Origin: Epithemia pelagica | Lineage: Eukaryota; Protista; Bacillariophyta | Direction: 5' to 3' | NCBI GenBank assembly: GCA_946965045.2 | Contig: OX337228.1 | Span: 6,882,001-6,946,000 of the forward strand | Length of the DNA stretch: 64,000 nt | Shown here: positions 33,423 through 42,553 of the stretch, in pieces | Numbering within the stretch: position 1 is the stretch's first letter | Layout of the letters: each line of letters opens with the position of its first letter | Translations under genes and position numbers: made by a program | Notes under the pieces: generated by a model | What the model saw: only the letters and a program-made list of their open reading frames with translations | Databases searched by the model: none | Told to the model about the DNA's origin: nothing

Positions 33423-34688
33423 ATGGCGGTCATCACCAACAAGAGAAAGAGAAGTTTTGGCTGGTGGATTGGCTGTTGCGTTGCGTTTGGTTCGTCGCTG
33501 GACCAAACTACCAGCGTTGTCCATGGTGCCTCCCGACCAGTTGCATGTTTCGTTCCGTCGACGAGCACAACTGTAGTAGCCCCAAGAACCACTAGCAGCC
33601 GACCACAAGGGTTTGGCTGGACCGTCAGGGCCAGGCCAAATCACAACAACAACAACAACCACGACAACCACGTTCCAAGTCCACAAAATAATGGTGAAAC
33701 TGATCTTGCCCATCCATCCAACGAGAAACGGCGCAAGAAAAAGAATAAATACGACAAATTCTCCAAAGTGCAACATGATTTCGACCCGTTTGATCAACTA
33801 CTTGCGGAAACCACTCAAAAAGTCCAAGACATGGAAGAGGCGGCGCGATTGCGCAAAGAGAAAAAGAGGTTTTCTCCTCAAGCGCAATCTGCCATGAATC
33901 GTTCCAAACAAGAACAACCACAAGCCTTGTCGTTTCCCGATACCCAAACCATTGATCCCTACGATCCGACCACCTTTGGATATATTGAAATTGCCCATGT
34001 GACAGGTGCTCATGGAGTGTATGGATGGCTCAAGGTCCAATGCGTGACGGGATTTCCAGTGGAACGACTCTTGACGGCTGGCATTCGGCACTTGAAACCC
34101 AAACAAAAACGAGCGCCCCGACAAGTCGTCCTGGTGGAGGGACGATATTCGGGTCGAAATGAGGAGTATTTGTTGCAGTTGGAACATGTTCGAGATCGGG
34201 AAGCAGCTCTCAGACTACGAGGATCCATACTCTATGTTCGAGAAGAAGAAAAGGTGGAGTTACGGGCCTCAAACAATGACAAGCAAGACGATCATGCCAA
34301 CAACAATCAAGAGGAGGAGGAGAAAGAAGAAGAAGAAAAAGAAGAAGAATACTTGTTGTCCGATCTCGTGGGATTGGAAGTCCGGTACTCCAGTACGGAC
34401 ATGGTTGTCGGTACGGTACATGGCCTTGTGTTGGCCGAAGAAATGTGTGCCATTCCAGAACTGGGACATGACACCCTCGAAGTCCTACTGCAGAAAGGAC
34501 CTCTACCATCGTTTCGAGATGAACTGGTGCTGATACCGCTCGTACGTCAAATTGTTCCCAAGGTCAGCCTTGTGCAAAAATGCTTGTGGATTGATCCTCC
34601 GGCAGGCTTGCTGGATTTGACCTATGTCCGATCCGAACGGGTCCGCATCAAGGGATTTTTGCCAACGACGGCGTCCACGGATGTGTGA
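33423..34688 (+). CDS. rimM: Plastid-targeted RimM (16S rRNA processing / 30S maturation)
   Basis: Presequence with VAC-F. RimM N-domain [26 protein letters not shown] and PRC barrel YLLSDLVGLEV..LVLIPLVRQIVPKV..IDPPAGLLDL. Confidence 0.88.
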   Translation: MAVITNKRKRSFGWWIGCCVAFGSSLDQTTSVVHGASRPVACFVPSTSTTVVAPRTTSSRPQGFGWTVRARPNHNNNNNHDNHVPSPQNNGETDLAHPSNEKRRKKKNKYDKFSKVQHDFDPFDQLLAETTQKVQDMEEAARLRKEKKRFSPQAQSAMNRSKQEQPQALSFPDTQTIDPYDPTTFGYIEIAHVTGAHGVYGWLKVQCVTGFPVERLLTAGIRHLKPKQKRAPRQVVLVEGRYSGRNEEYLLQLEHVRDREAALRLRGSILYVREEEKVELRASNNDKQDDHANNNQEEEEKEEEEKEEEYLLSDLVGLEVRYSSTDMVVGTVHGLVLAEEMCAIPELGHDTLEVLLQKGPLPSFRDELVLIPLVRQIVPKVSLVQKCLWIDPPAGLLDLTYVRSERVRIKGFLPTTASTDV

Positions 34689-35435
34689 CAACAAAACCAT
34701 GACCATCGGATGGTCCATGACTCCAACCAGTTTGTCGGAAAACTCAAAACTGGAGCAGACCGACTAGGAAGAGGGAAAGGAGGGATGTAGAAATCCATGT
34801 ATCGTGAATAGTATGGTTGATCACATGTTCACACTGTTGTTCTCTCATAGTATAGACATGTCGATTGCCAATACTGAAAACACCAAACCTGGGATTCCTC
34901 TGGCCTAGGTAGAATACCACTATTAGGTACTACCTAGTAGGAGAGTCTCTGCGGACGGACTGGCACAACGAAAAAAGACCCTCTCTGTTTTTGGTCAAGG
35001 AGGATTGGTTCCACGTTCCAATGCCAGAGAGAGAAAGAGAGAGAGAGACAAACCCACACGGCGCAATCCATACGCTTCTCTCTCTACTATACTAGCTACT
35101 AGAGGTATAATGATTCGAACGAGGAGTAAAAAAAAACCAATCCAACACGTCGTGCTATTGTAGTAGTCGGATGAACGATACACACTCTTCACACACAGAG
35201 ACAACGGCCCAGCCACAACCACCACACCACGGTTGGTCCGTTCCATCCCACACACACACACACAACACCAACAACAACAAGAAGGATGTGAGGGTCGTCC
35301 CATTCTGTGGTGGCCACCCACAGTCTCTCTATTTTCTCGCTCATTGTAATTCTTGTTCCAGAGTCGCATGTCTTGTTGTCGTTGTGGTGTTTCTTCTTCT
35401 TGTTATTAGTATTGCTTGCTTGCTTGCTTACTTAC

Positions 35436-36626
35436 TTACACATTCGGCACGGCCGACGAGGCCGACAAGTGTTTGTGCCCGTATTTGCGATCCAACAAAA
35501 ACTTGGGGCCTTGTGGAACCGTGAGGGGACGTCGCACATGCGATTGCGTCGTGGCGGCGCTGGCCAAGGAATGGGCATCATCATGGTCATTCCATCGTCG
35601 TCTCTGTGAAATACCGGCGACACTGTGGGCATCGTCCGACAATCCCAGGGCCGTGCCGCGCCGTTGGGGGGAGGAGGCCGAGGCGGACTTGGTGCCATAT
35701 TTTTGATCCAACAAAAACTTGGGACCGACGGCCTTGGTGGTGGTGCGACGACGGGGCGATTTCGAAGTAGCCTCGCCGCGTGCCGTGGCGGGCACACTGG
35801 AGGATCTGGATGGACTATTGAGAGCCGCCGCTTGTTTGGCATGAGTCCGGTTGCGACTGCTGGCCGTGGGTTGCATAAAGGATCCGGCGGCGCGTCGTGT
35901 CGTGGAGGTGTACGTACTTTTGCTGGAAACGGAGCGGTCGTCTCGGCTGGTATACGGTGTAGAAGTCGATGGCTTGGGCCGGGCCGTGGCGCGCGTGGCC
36001 GTGGCAAAGGTGGGAGCGACGGGTTTCGTCAAGGCCTTGGTGGATCGAATGCGTTGGGGATGAATCGGACTCGAGTCCGTGGTCGTATCGGTGGCCTCGT
36101 GTTTGCGATAGAGGCCCGTCTTGGGTTTGTTGGAGGTGGACAAGGCCAAGGGTTCGGGCACCGTCACGCCGCGGCTACTCTTGCGGGGACTGCCCGAGGA
36201 TTTGGACGATGGACTTGGTGTACCAGCCACCGTTCTTCGAGGAGACGACGTATTAGACGAAGCCGCAGGACTGGCCGCATGTTTCTTGGGGGGCACAATT
36301 TTGGAGGTTCGTTGGGAGGGCGTCTTCTTGGGGGTCGTGGTTGTAGGACCTTGTTGGGGATTGGCACTAATGGGTTTGGAAGGCGTCGTGTCGGCGGCCG
36401 CAGGATCGTCCTCTTCATCTTGGGCCAGAATGCGATGCGACGACAAGGGCGAGGGGGCCGGTTCCGTTTCTTCTTCTTCTGGTTCCTGTGTTTCGGCTGG
36501 TGCGGCATGCACATCGACGGCTACCGATGTGGGTGAGGGATACTGCGGCTCGTCGCCATGGTCTTTCACGGCTTGCTGTTTGGCGGGGGGAGAGGACACG
36601 TGGTCCTCCATGCCATCGGCCGTCAT
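35436..36626 (-). CDS. Basic S/T/P-rich disordered protein with repeated motifs; candidate microtubule-associated protein (3' end may splice onward at GTAAGT ~35440)
   Basis: 398-aa ORF with GPKFLLDQKYG/GPKFLLDRKYG, VTVPEP, LTKPVAPTF, LTVPQGP and FMQPTASS motifs. Confidence 0.55.
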   Translation of the reverse strand: MTADGMEDHVSSPPAKQQAVKDHGDEPQYPSPTSVAVDVHAAPAETQEPEEEETEPAPSPLSSHRILAQDEEDDPAAADTTPSKPISANPQQGPTTTTPKKTPSQRTSKIVPPKKHAASPAASSNTSSPRRTVAGTPSPSSKSSGSPRKSSRGVTVPEPLALSTSNKPKTGLYRKHEATDTTTDSSPIHPQRIRSTKALTKPVAPTFATATRATARPKPSTSTPYTSRDDRSVSSKSTYTSTTRRAAGSFMQPTASSRNRTHAKQAAALNSPSRSSSVPATARGEATSKSPRRRTTTKAVGPKFLLDQKYGTKSASASSPQRRGTALGLSDDAHSVAGISQRRRWNDHDDAHSLASAATTQSHVRRPLTVPQGPKFLLDRKYGHKHLSASSAVPNV

Positions 36627-37151
36627 GATCACGTTGGGTGCTTGTCGTCAATGGGAATGGAAACAAAAGAGTTCGTTGGTTGTTTTTTGGAGACAACAAG
36701 CTCGCACTTGAAAGCACTAAAAGGACTTGATGAATGATGATCGTGTCCAAGGAACACCGACGATTTCCAATCCTCTTGGTGGTGAACTTGAAATGTTGTT
36801 CTGTTTCCACTCGGCAAGCAACGAAGGAAAGCGTTTGTTTCTCACCAATAAGAGTCTCGCAATCAATCCAGGAAGGAATTGAGGAATTACAACGGATTCT
36901 GGTAATTCCAGTAGTCCTTGGGTGTTGTGTGTCACTTTGGTTGCCGCCTCGAGGCTCCAACGGAACAACAAGGGGTCCAAGAACAATTTATCTCGAATTT
37001 CTTCAACGGTTGGCGCGCCGTTGTTGTTACACAAGTTGTGCTCGTTGTGGTTGGTTGGTTCGTTCGATCGATCGATTACTGACGGCAACAACTGTTTGAC
37101 CCGCCGACAAACTCTGCTATCTATTCTTCTTCTTCTTGTGGGTCGTTGTCG

Positions 37152-38057
37152 TCACAGACAGTGGTCCAGGAGAGGAACCGAAGATGGTGGTGTTGCGTTG
37201 GGTGTTGTTGCTGTTGTTTTGTTCTCAGTAGCAGTAGCAGCTATTAGTTTTTCGGGTGTACACTGCTTTCCAGACAGAACGCGACCTGACACGGGGGTGC
37301 TTTCGTTTGGTCCAAAGAGTACGAGAGTGGCAGAACGAGTACGATGGTGGAGGGAGACATTCGAACCGACCTTCTGTAGGTCCAACTAGTACGAGTACTT
37401 AGGAACTCCTCCACCTATGCCCCAGTCGTGGTCAGCGGACCCAGCGGCGCGCGGCGCACCGCCAGAGACGCCGGCTGTTCCTTCGTTGTGGCGGCCCATC
37501 CTCACGATAGTATGAGTCGATCGATCCACCTCGTATCTTATGGGGGAATCGAATCCATCAGTTCTAGATGCCAGATTTCTCCATAGATCCAGTTGACCGG
37601 ATATCCCAAACGTATCCACACTCGACATGCCATTGTACGGTCAAGACTCTGTGCTTCGTGTCGTCATGTCCTCTTCTTCTGTTTTGGATCACTTTGATCA
37701 GTCGATTGTTTCTTTCACCAGCTCTGGCGGATCCAAACTATGAGTATGTACGTGTGAGATTTTAGAAGCAGAAGTGGCCGAGTTTGTGGGAACTCCAACA
37801 CTCCCCCGATCCAACGACCACCCATGTGTCCCTCCCCGACAGATTTGATTGCCAGTCATTGCATGCATCAACGGTTGGCACCATTGCGCAACGCGAACGC
37901 ATTCGAACAAAATGGTGAGACAAAGTTCCAACTCGGAAAAGGACGGATCCTTGGATTCGTTGGATGATGATTGACTTGAAGCAAAAGTATTGGTGGTCTT
38001 CGTGTCGGCAGTTTCTTGCTCGTTCTCTGCAAAAGAATGCGCTGCTACCCGATCATG
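37152..38057 (-). pseudogene. Decayed coding fragment cut at its 5' side by the duplication junction at ~38058
   Basis: Protein-like stretches lie in changing frames with stops (..SFSELELCLTILFECVRVAQWCQPLM.., ..GQLDLWRNLA..). The sequence switches abruptly to EngB-derived DNA at 38058. Confidence 0.35.
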
Positions 38058-39491
38058 GCTCAACTCAAGAGAACTGCAAAATTGTTGTTGGAGACGACAA
38101 ATGACTCGTTTATGGCCAATGGCTCCCAAGGATCCTTGTTATCGCGACTGACCGTGGCGGCCTTGCGTCTCAACAATCATGCAATCGCCACGAACGCCAT
38201 TTCCCATCGTCAAAATCAGTTTCGCAATGACATGAATCCTCTGGAAAGTTGTGCGATTGTACGAAATCTATTGCGCGCTGGAAATGGGACAGAGGCGTAC
38301 CAAATCCTCGAGGAGGAATTGTCGTTGCCCATGATATCAACCAACGAGGACGAAACGACTGAAACACATTGCAATTTGTTAAAATTTCGAGCCCAAGCCC
38401 TGGCATCCATTGCCTCGTGGCATTTTTTCGGGGGAGAACCTCGAGCTGCAGTGTATGCGTGTCGTATAATGTGTGCCATGGGACCTGCTGTGCGCCAGGC
38501 AGAGATTTCGGGTTCGGAACTGGGAGTGCCCTTTTTGCGTCTCTTACAAGGCGCCAGTCAATGTCAATCCAAGATTCGTACAGGAGAAATAGTCAACGAG
38601 GCTTTCCTTGGCCCCAACAGCGAAAAAGTGAGCAAACTCCAAGTTCCCTGTAACGTAGTGTATGCCGTTTTGGATGTCATGATGACTTTACCTTCGGAAA
38701 ATGACGACCGCGTCTACGAGGTACTTTCGAATGCCTTGGTACGCCGCGTTCTGTTTGTGACGGGGGCAGTCAACATGGATGGTTGTCCTCCACCCGATCG
38801 AGGGGAAGCGGCCTTTATCGGAAGAAGCAATGTGGGCAAGAGTAGCCTGGTCAATGGCGTGACGAACCGCAAAGCACTGGCCTATACTAGCAAACGACCC
38901 GGCAAGACACAACAGTTCAACTTTTTTGCCGTCAATGACAAGGTCGGTAGAGAACAAGAAATCAAATACGGCGACATGGTGCATGGAAGCAAGGATGCAG
39001 ATTCGTTCTATATGGTAGACGTAAGTGAAATTGCTGTTTCGTGGACATCTGGAAAGAGCGCTCGTTCTCACACGTGCTGCTTCTACCAGCTCTCCGGATT
39101 TGGCTACGCCAGGGTACCAGAGAAACAACGCCAAGAATGGTCCTCCTTTATGCAAGATTACATTGCAACTCGCCCAACCCTTCGAGTCTTGTTTCACTTG
39201 ATTGATAGTAGGCATGGTCCAACTGAAGAGGATGCCGCTATTATGAAGCAAGTCGAGGAAAACATTCCTCCCACAGCCAAATATGTAATTGTCCTAACAA
39301 AGGCGGATAAGAATAGCAAAGGAGCACCGGGAAACTATTCTGGAAAGGTATCCAACGATGTCATGAACAAGCTGCGCCAGGTAATGGGAGAAACGTTACA
39401 GCATGATGTTCCTGTTGTTTTGACATCGGCGGAAAGCAAGCTCGGCAGAGATAAAATGTGGAGCTATCTTCGCCGTGCTGCCATTTCCTAA
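38055..39491 (+). CDS. engB: EngB GTPase copy 2: 5'-truncated but open; 69-nt intron 39021-39089
   Basis: Homology to the other copies starts at 38058, with an ATG at 38055 just outside it. G1-G4 are present, but G3 reads DLSG instead of DLPG. The presequence is missing. Confidence 0.7.
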   Translation: MAQLKRTAKLLLETTNDSFMANGSQGSLLSRLTVAALRLNNHAIATNAISHRQNQFRNDMNPLESCAIVRNLLRAGNGTEAYQILEEELSLPMISTNEDETTETHCNLLKFRAQALASIASWHFFGGEPRAAVYACRIMCAMGPAVRQAEISGSELGVPFLRLLQGASQCQSKIRTGEIVNEAFLGPNSEKVSKLQVPCNVVYAVLDVMMTLPSENDDRVYEVLSNALVRRVLFVTGAVNMDGCPPPDRGEAAFIGRSNVGKSSLVNGVTNRKALAYTSKRPGKTQQFNFFAVNDKVGREQEIKYGDMVHGSKDADSFYMVDVSEIAVSWTSGKSARSHTCCFYQLSGFGYARVPEKQRQEWSSFMQDYIATRPTLRVLFHLIDSRHGPTEEDAAIMKQVEENIPPTAKYVIVLTKADKNSKGAPGNYSGKVSNDVMNKLRQVMGETLQHDVPVVLTSAESKLGRDKMWSYLRRAAIS

Positions 39492-39519
39492 ACTGTGGCG
39501 CACGGTTCTCTTAAGTCTA

Positions 39520-41170
39520 TCAACTGGTTTCGGTCCCTTGTTTCCCCGACGACATGACCCAATCCGGCATGCGATTCAGTTTCCAATGACTCAGATCGAC
39601 CTTGTTCCGTTCGGCCAGGGCAAGCACTTTCAAAAACAGCAGTGTTGCCGGTTCGGCATTGGAACCAATTTCTTCGCAGATAATGTTCAAAACAATCTCA
39701 AAGGCGTGATGTGACGGTGGATCATCGATATCGTACAGCATTTCGACCTTCGAACCTCGGTGGCATTCATTAACAGGGGAGTGGTAAGACTGTCCATTTT
39801 TACCAAGAGATCCCATGCTTTCTTGGACCAATATAGTTCCTCTGGGGGCGTTTCTCCTTTTTGCTTAGCTTCTTGCCAATAAGCCCATAGGACACGTTTG
39901 TAGTCGGCTCCTTTTACTTGTACACCCAATCAGGGTTCGCAGCTACAAGTGCGCCAGCCATGTCGTAAAGTGTTGTCCCACTTGCGGAGGAGAAATGAGG
40001 GTGAGCAGCGTCGTATGTTGCGAGGTGCTGGTTAATGACTCCGACTTGGACATGGACGAATCCAGCAAGGCCATGACAAATTCCACGTCACTGACAGAGT
40101 TTCGATCGGATTTGGGTGTGTCGCATAATAATGGCAGAGCAGATGTTTGCACTGTTCAAGGTACCACCCAGACAGAGGAACTGGAGGACTTTTTCGGTTT
40201 GCGAGGCATCCAAAATGGTAAAGGTGGGATCTTGTTTGAGTGCAATGTCCAAGAGCTCGATAAAGCGTTCCGAAGCCTCTCGACAATATTCGGGCAAGGT
40301 GAATCCAATTCCTGCCGGAGTGGATTACGACGATGTGGTTGTTGAGCTTGGAGCAAACGGGCAAACGAAAAGAGCATGGGTCGCAACACGTTGAGAGTGG
40401 TGGATTGTCCCACTTTGGTATACTCGTGAATCGCCGTATCCGATTTGGAGTTTTTCGGATTGTCGTCTGGTTTCGATTCAGAGTCTGCTTCTTCTTCCTC
40501 TTCTTTTTGTGCACGACCGGTCAAAAAGTTGACAATGCTGGATGCGGTGCAACCCTCGAAGAGCCGCCAGTGCCAAATCCAAGAGTTGCATTTGAGTTCG
40601 TCTCTGTTTTCGGTAGGTGGTTCGTCGTCAAGGGAAAGCTTTGGTTTGGACGACACAGCCCCATCTCGCACAAAGGACTCGAATCATATGGTCCTCTCGA
40701 CTGTGCACCACGGCACTCTTTTCAATGGCAACTTGCGCCTTGCAAATCGCTTCGTCGAATGATTTGGAGGCACCATCAAAGTCACCTTGCTTCAGAAGCG
40801 CCCGACCATGTCGTGTTAAGAGTTTCACTTCGAGCGGTGGCCCCCATCTCTAGAGAAATGCTCTCCGTTTTTGGAAATGTGCTTAAGGCCATCACGGCAA
40901 TCACAGGCCGACACTTCGAATAGACCCCATCATTAACAGTGAGGCTGCTCGTTTCGAATGGAGAACTGCTAACAAATCTCCCAATTGGATACAAGCTGGG
41001 CTTTCGGATAGCATTCTAATACCATGGTATAATGGCGAATTGAAGCCCCGTAGTCACCTTTCATGTAGCACCTTTCATGAAGCACCTTTCATGTAGCATC
41101 GACGAGCGTCTTCCTTGATTGCCGCAATGGAATTCTTCATCTCCATTCTTGCGACCGTGTCACGATGCCC
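39520..41170 (-). pseudogene. TPR-repeat protein pseudogene, copy A
   Basis: TPR-like pieces across frames: AAIKEDARRCYMKGDYGASIRHYTMVL, LHSKRAASLLMMG..CDCRDGL, LLTRHGRALLKQGDFDGASKSFDEAI. Multiple frameshifts and stops. Confidence 0.7.
41055..41096. repeat. 14-bp tandem repeat CACCTTTCATG(T/A)AG x3 interrupting the TPR reading frame
   Basis: Read directly; copy B has four units. Confidence 0.9.
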
Positions 41171-41393
41171 CTCTGGTTGATTGTTGCGCCGAACTCCGTT
41201 GCCCTCGAGGAACGTGTTGTTGCCGTAGAGGTGCGTGCAAGACTGCCCCGACGGTTGATTGTTGCACTGTGTTAAACCGACCCCGCTGCCTCGCAGCTCC
41301 AGGGTCCGATCGCCAATCAACACGAAACGCCAACAACAACACGCAACAATCCAACACGCACAAAAAACAAATACGAACGAAATACGATTGACC

Positions 41394-42314
41394 ATGATGA
41401 TGTGTGATTGTAATTACTGTTACGAAAAGATGATCAGCTCCGAATGGGCTCTGTTAGTTGCTCCTTTTGTGGTTCTCATACTGTGTTACGGTGTCGCTGA
41501 TGTCCTCGATGAGGCGAAACTTATCGTCCAACACCTGTTTCGGGTCATTTTCAGCAAGAAAAGTCGTACTACAAGTAGCGAGCATACGGAGCTTCGACAC
41601 GAACATGCGGAGCTTCGACAGCTTCGACACGACAAAGCTCAGCTTCAACAACAGCTGGCCATTGCCGAAGCTAAGCAACAAAAAGAAATTGCAGCGAAGG
41701 ATGGAGCCTACAAGAAGCTTCGTCGCGAGAATGCGGCGCTTCGAGTGAGGAAAGTGCGGTCTGGCCGAAAGCTTCGACGCGAAAATGCTCAGCTTCAACA
41801 ACAGCTTGCTGTTGCCGAAGCAAAGCTTGCTGCGAAGCAACGCGAGAATGGTCGCCACGAGGATGGAGAGATCGAGATTCGCGATCGCGAGGAGGAGGTC
41901 GACGTCGACACTGTTGCTGTTCTGCCTTGCGAGTTCGACGCTGACTTGGACTTCCCTCCTCTCGCACTCGCAGACGATCTCGAGGACGACGAGGAGACCC
42001 CTCTAGTTCCAGTGGACCGTCCTGAGCCTGAACCCGCGCTCATCCCCGACAACGACGACGAAATCACTTTGGGGCACGACTCACCCCCTCGAAAGTCCAC
42101 CCCTCCTTCCCCCTACCCCACCCCCACTGAAAAAGATACCTCGCCTCAGATGGATGAGAATGCCCCCCAGAGCGTGATCGAGAGTTCCGCCGGCCCCGAG
42201 AACACCCCACATTTGGGCAGAATCCTTACTGTTGCCTACTCCAAAAAGGCACGCCGAATGGTTCACGTTCGACGATCCGCTCGTCTTTTGTCAGCGGGTA
42301 CGGGTAAAAAATAG
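41394..42314 (+). CDS. Intact orphan ORF, 306 aa (TM - coiled coil - acidic/Pro linker - basic RRSARL tail), copy A
   Basis: Hydrophobic WALLVAPFVVLILCYGVA, the repeated heptad AQLQQQLA(I/V)AEAK, and the C-terminus KKARRMVHVRRSARLLSAGTGKK. Open in both duplicates. Confidence 0.7.
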   Translation: MMMCDCNYCYEKMISSEWALLVAPFVVLILCYGVADVLDEAKLIVQHLFRVIFSKKSRTTSSEHTELRHEHAELRQLRHDKAQLQQQLAIAEAKQQKEIAAKDGAYKKLRRENAALRVRKVRSGRKLRRENAQLQQQLAVAEAKLAAKQRENGRHEDGEIEIRDREEEVDVDTVAVLPCEFDADLDFPPLALADDLEDDEETPLVPVDRPEPEPALIPDNDDEITLGHDSPPRKSTPPSPYPTPTEKDTSPQMDENAPQSVIESSAGPENTPHLGRILTVAYSKKARRMVHVRRSARLLSAGTGKK

Positions 42315-42553
42315 AAAAACAGAAAAATAACATGTCGGTTGTCGGTTGCCAGTGGTACGTGCGCACGTTCGTGTCGGTTATGAATCTTTCCATACTCTCA
42401 CTCTACCCCTTCTTCTGTTTCTAGCGATTGCAAAATTCTACTCCTACTCCTACATCAGCTGAGTCTAGCTCGAGTCCTTGTCGGAGATGTCCTTGTTGGT
42501 TTGTTGGTTTGTTGGTGTGTTGGTTGTCGGTGTGTTGGTTGTCGGTGTTATCA

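Noticed and set aside
1-34688. Apparent functional clustering of RNA-processing/translation genes (SF1, PCF11, eIF4E, RPSA, RimM, EngB) and plastid-targeted genes
   Set aside because: These classes are abundant in compact diatom genomes. The mixed orientations and interspersed unrelated genes give no evidence of an operon-like unit.
35625-36711. Long antisense and alternate-frame ORFs over GC-rich low-complexity genes (also 57634-58515, 59611-60327, 16791-17795, 23512-24402)
   Set aside because: These are shadow ORFs of real genes on the other strand or frame, with no coherent protein features.
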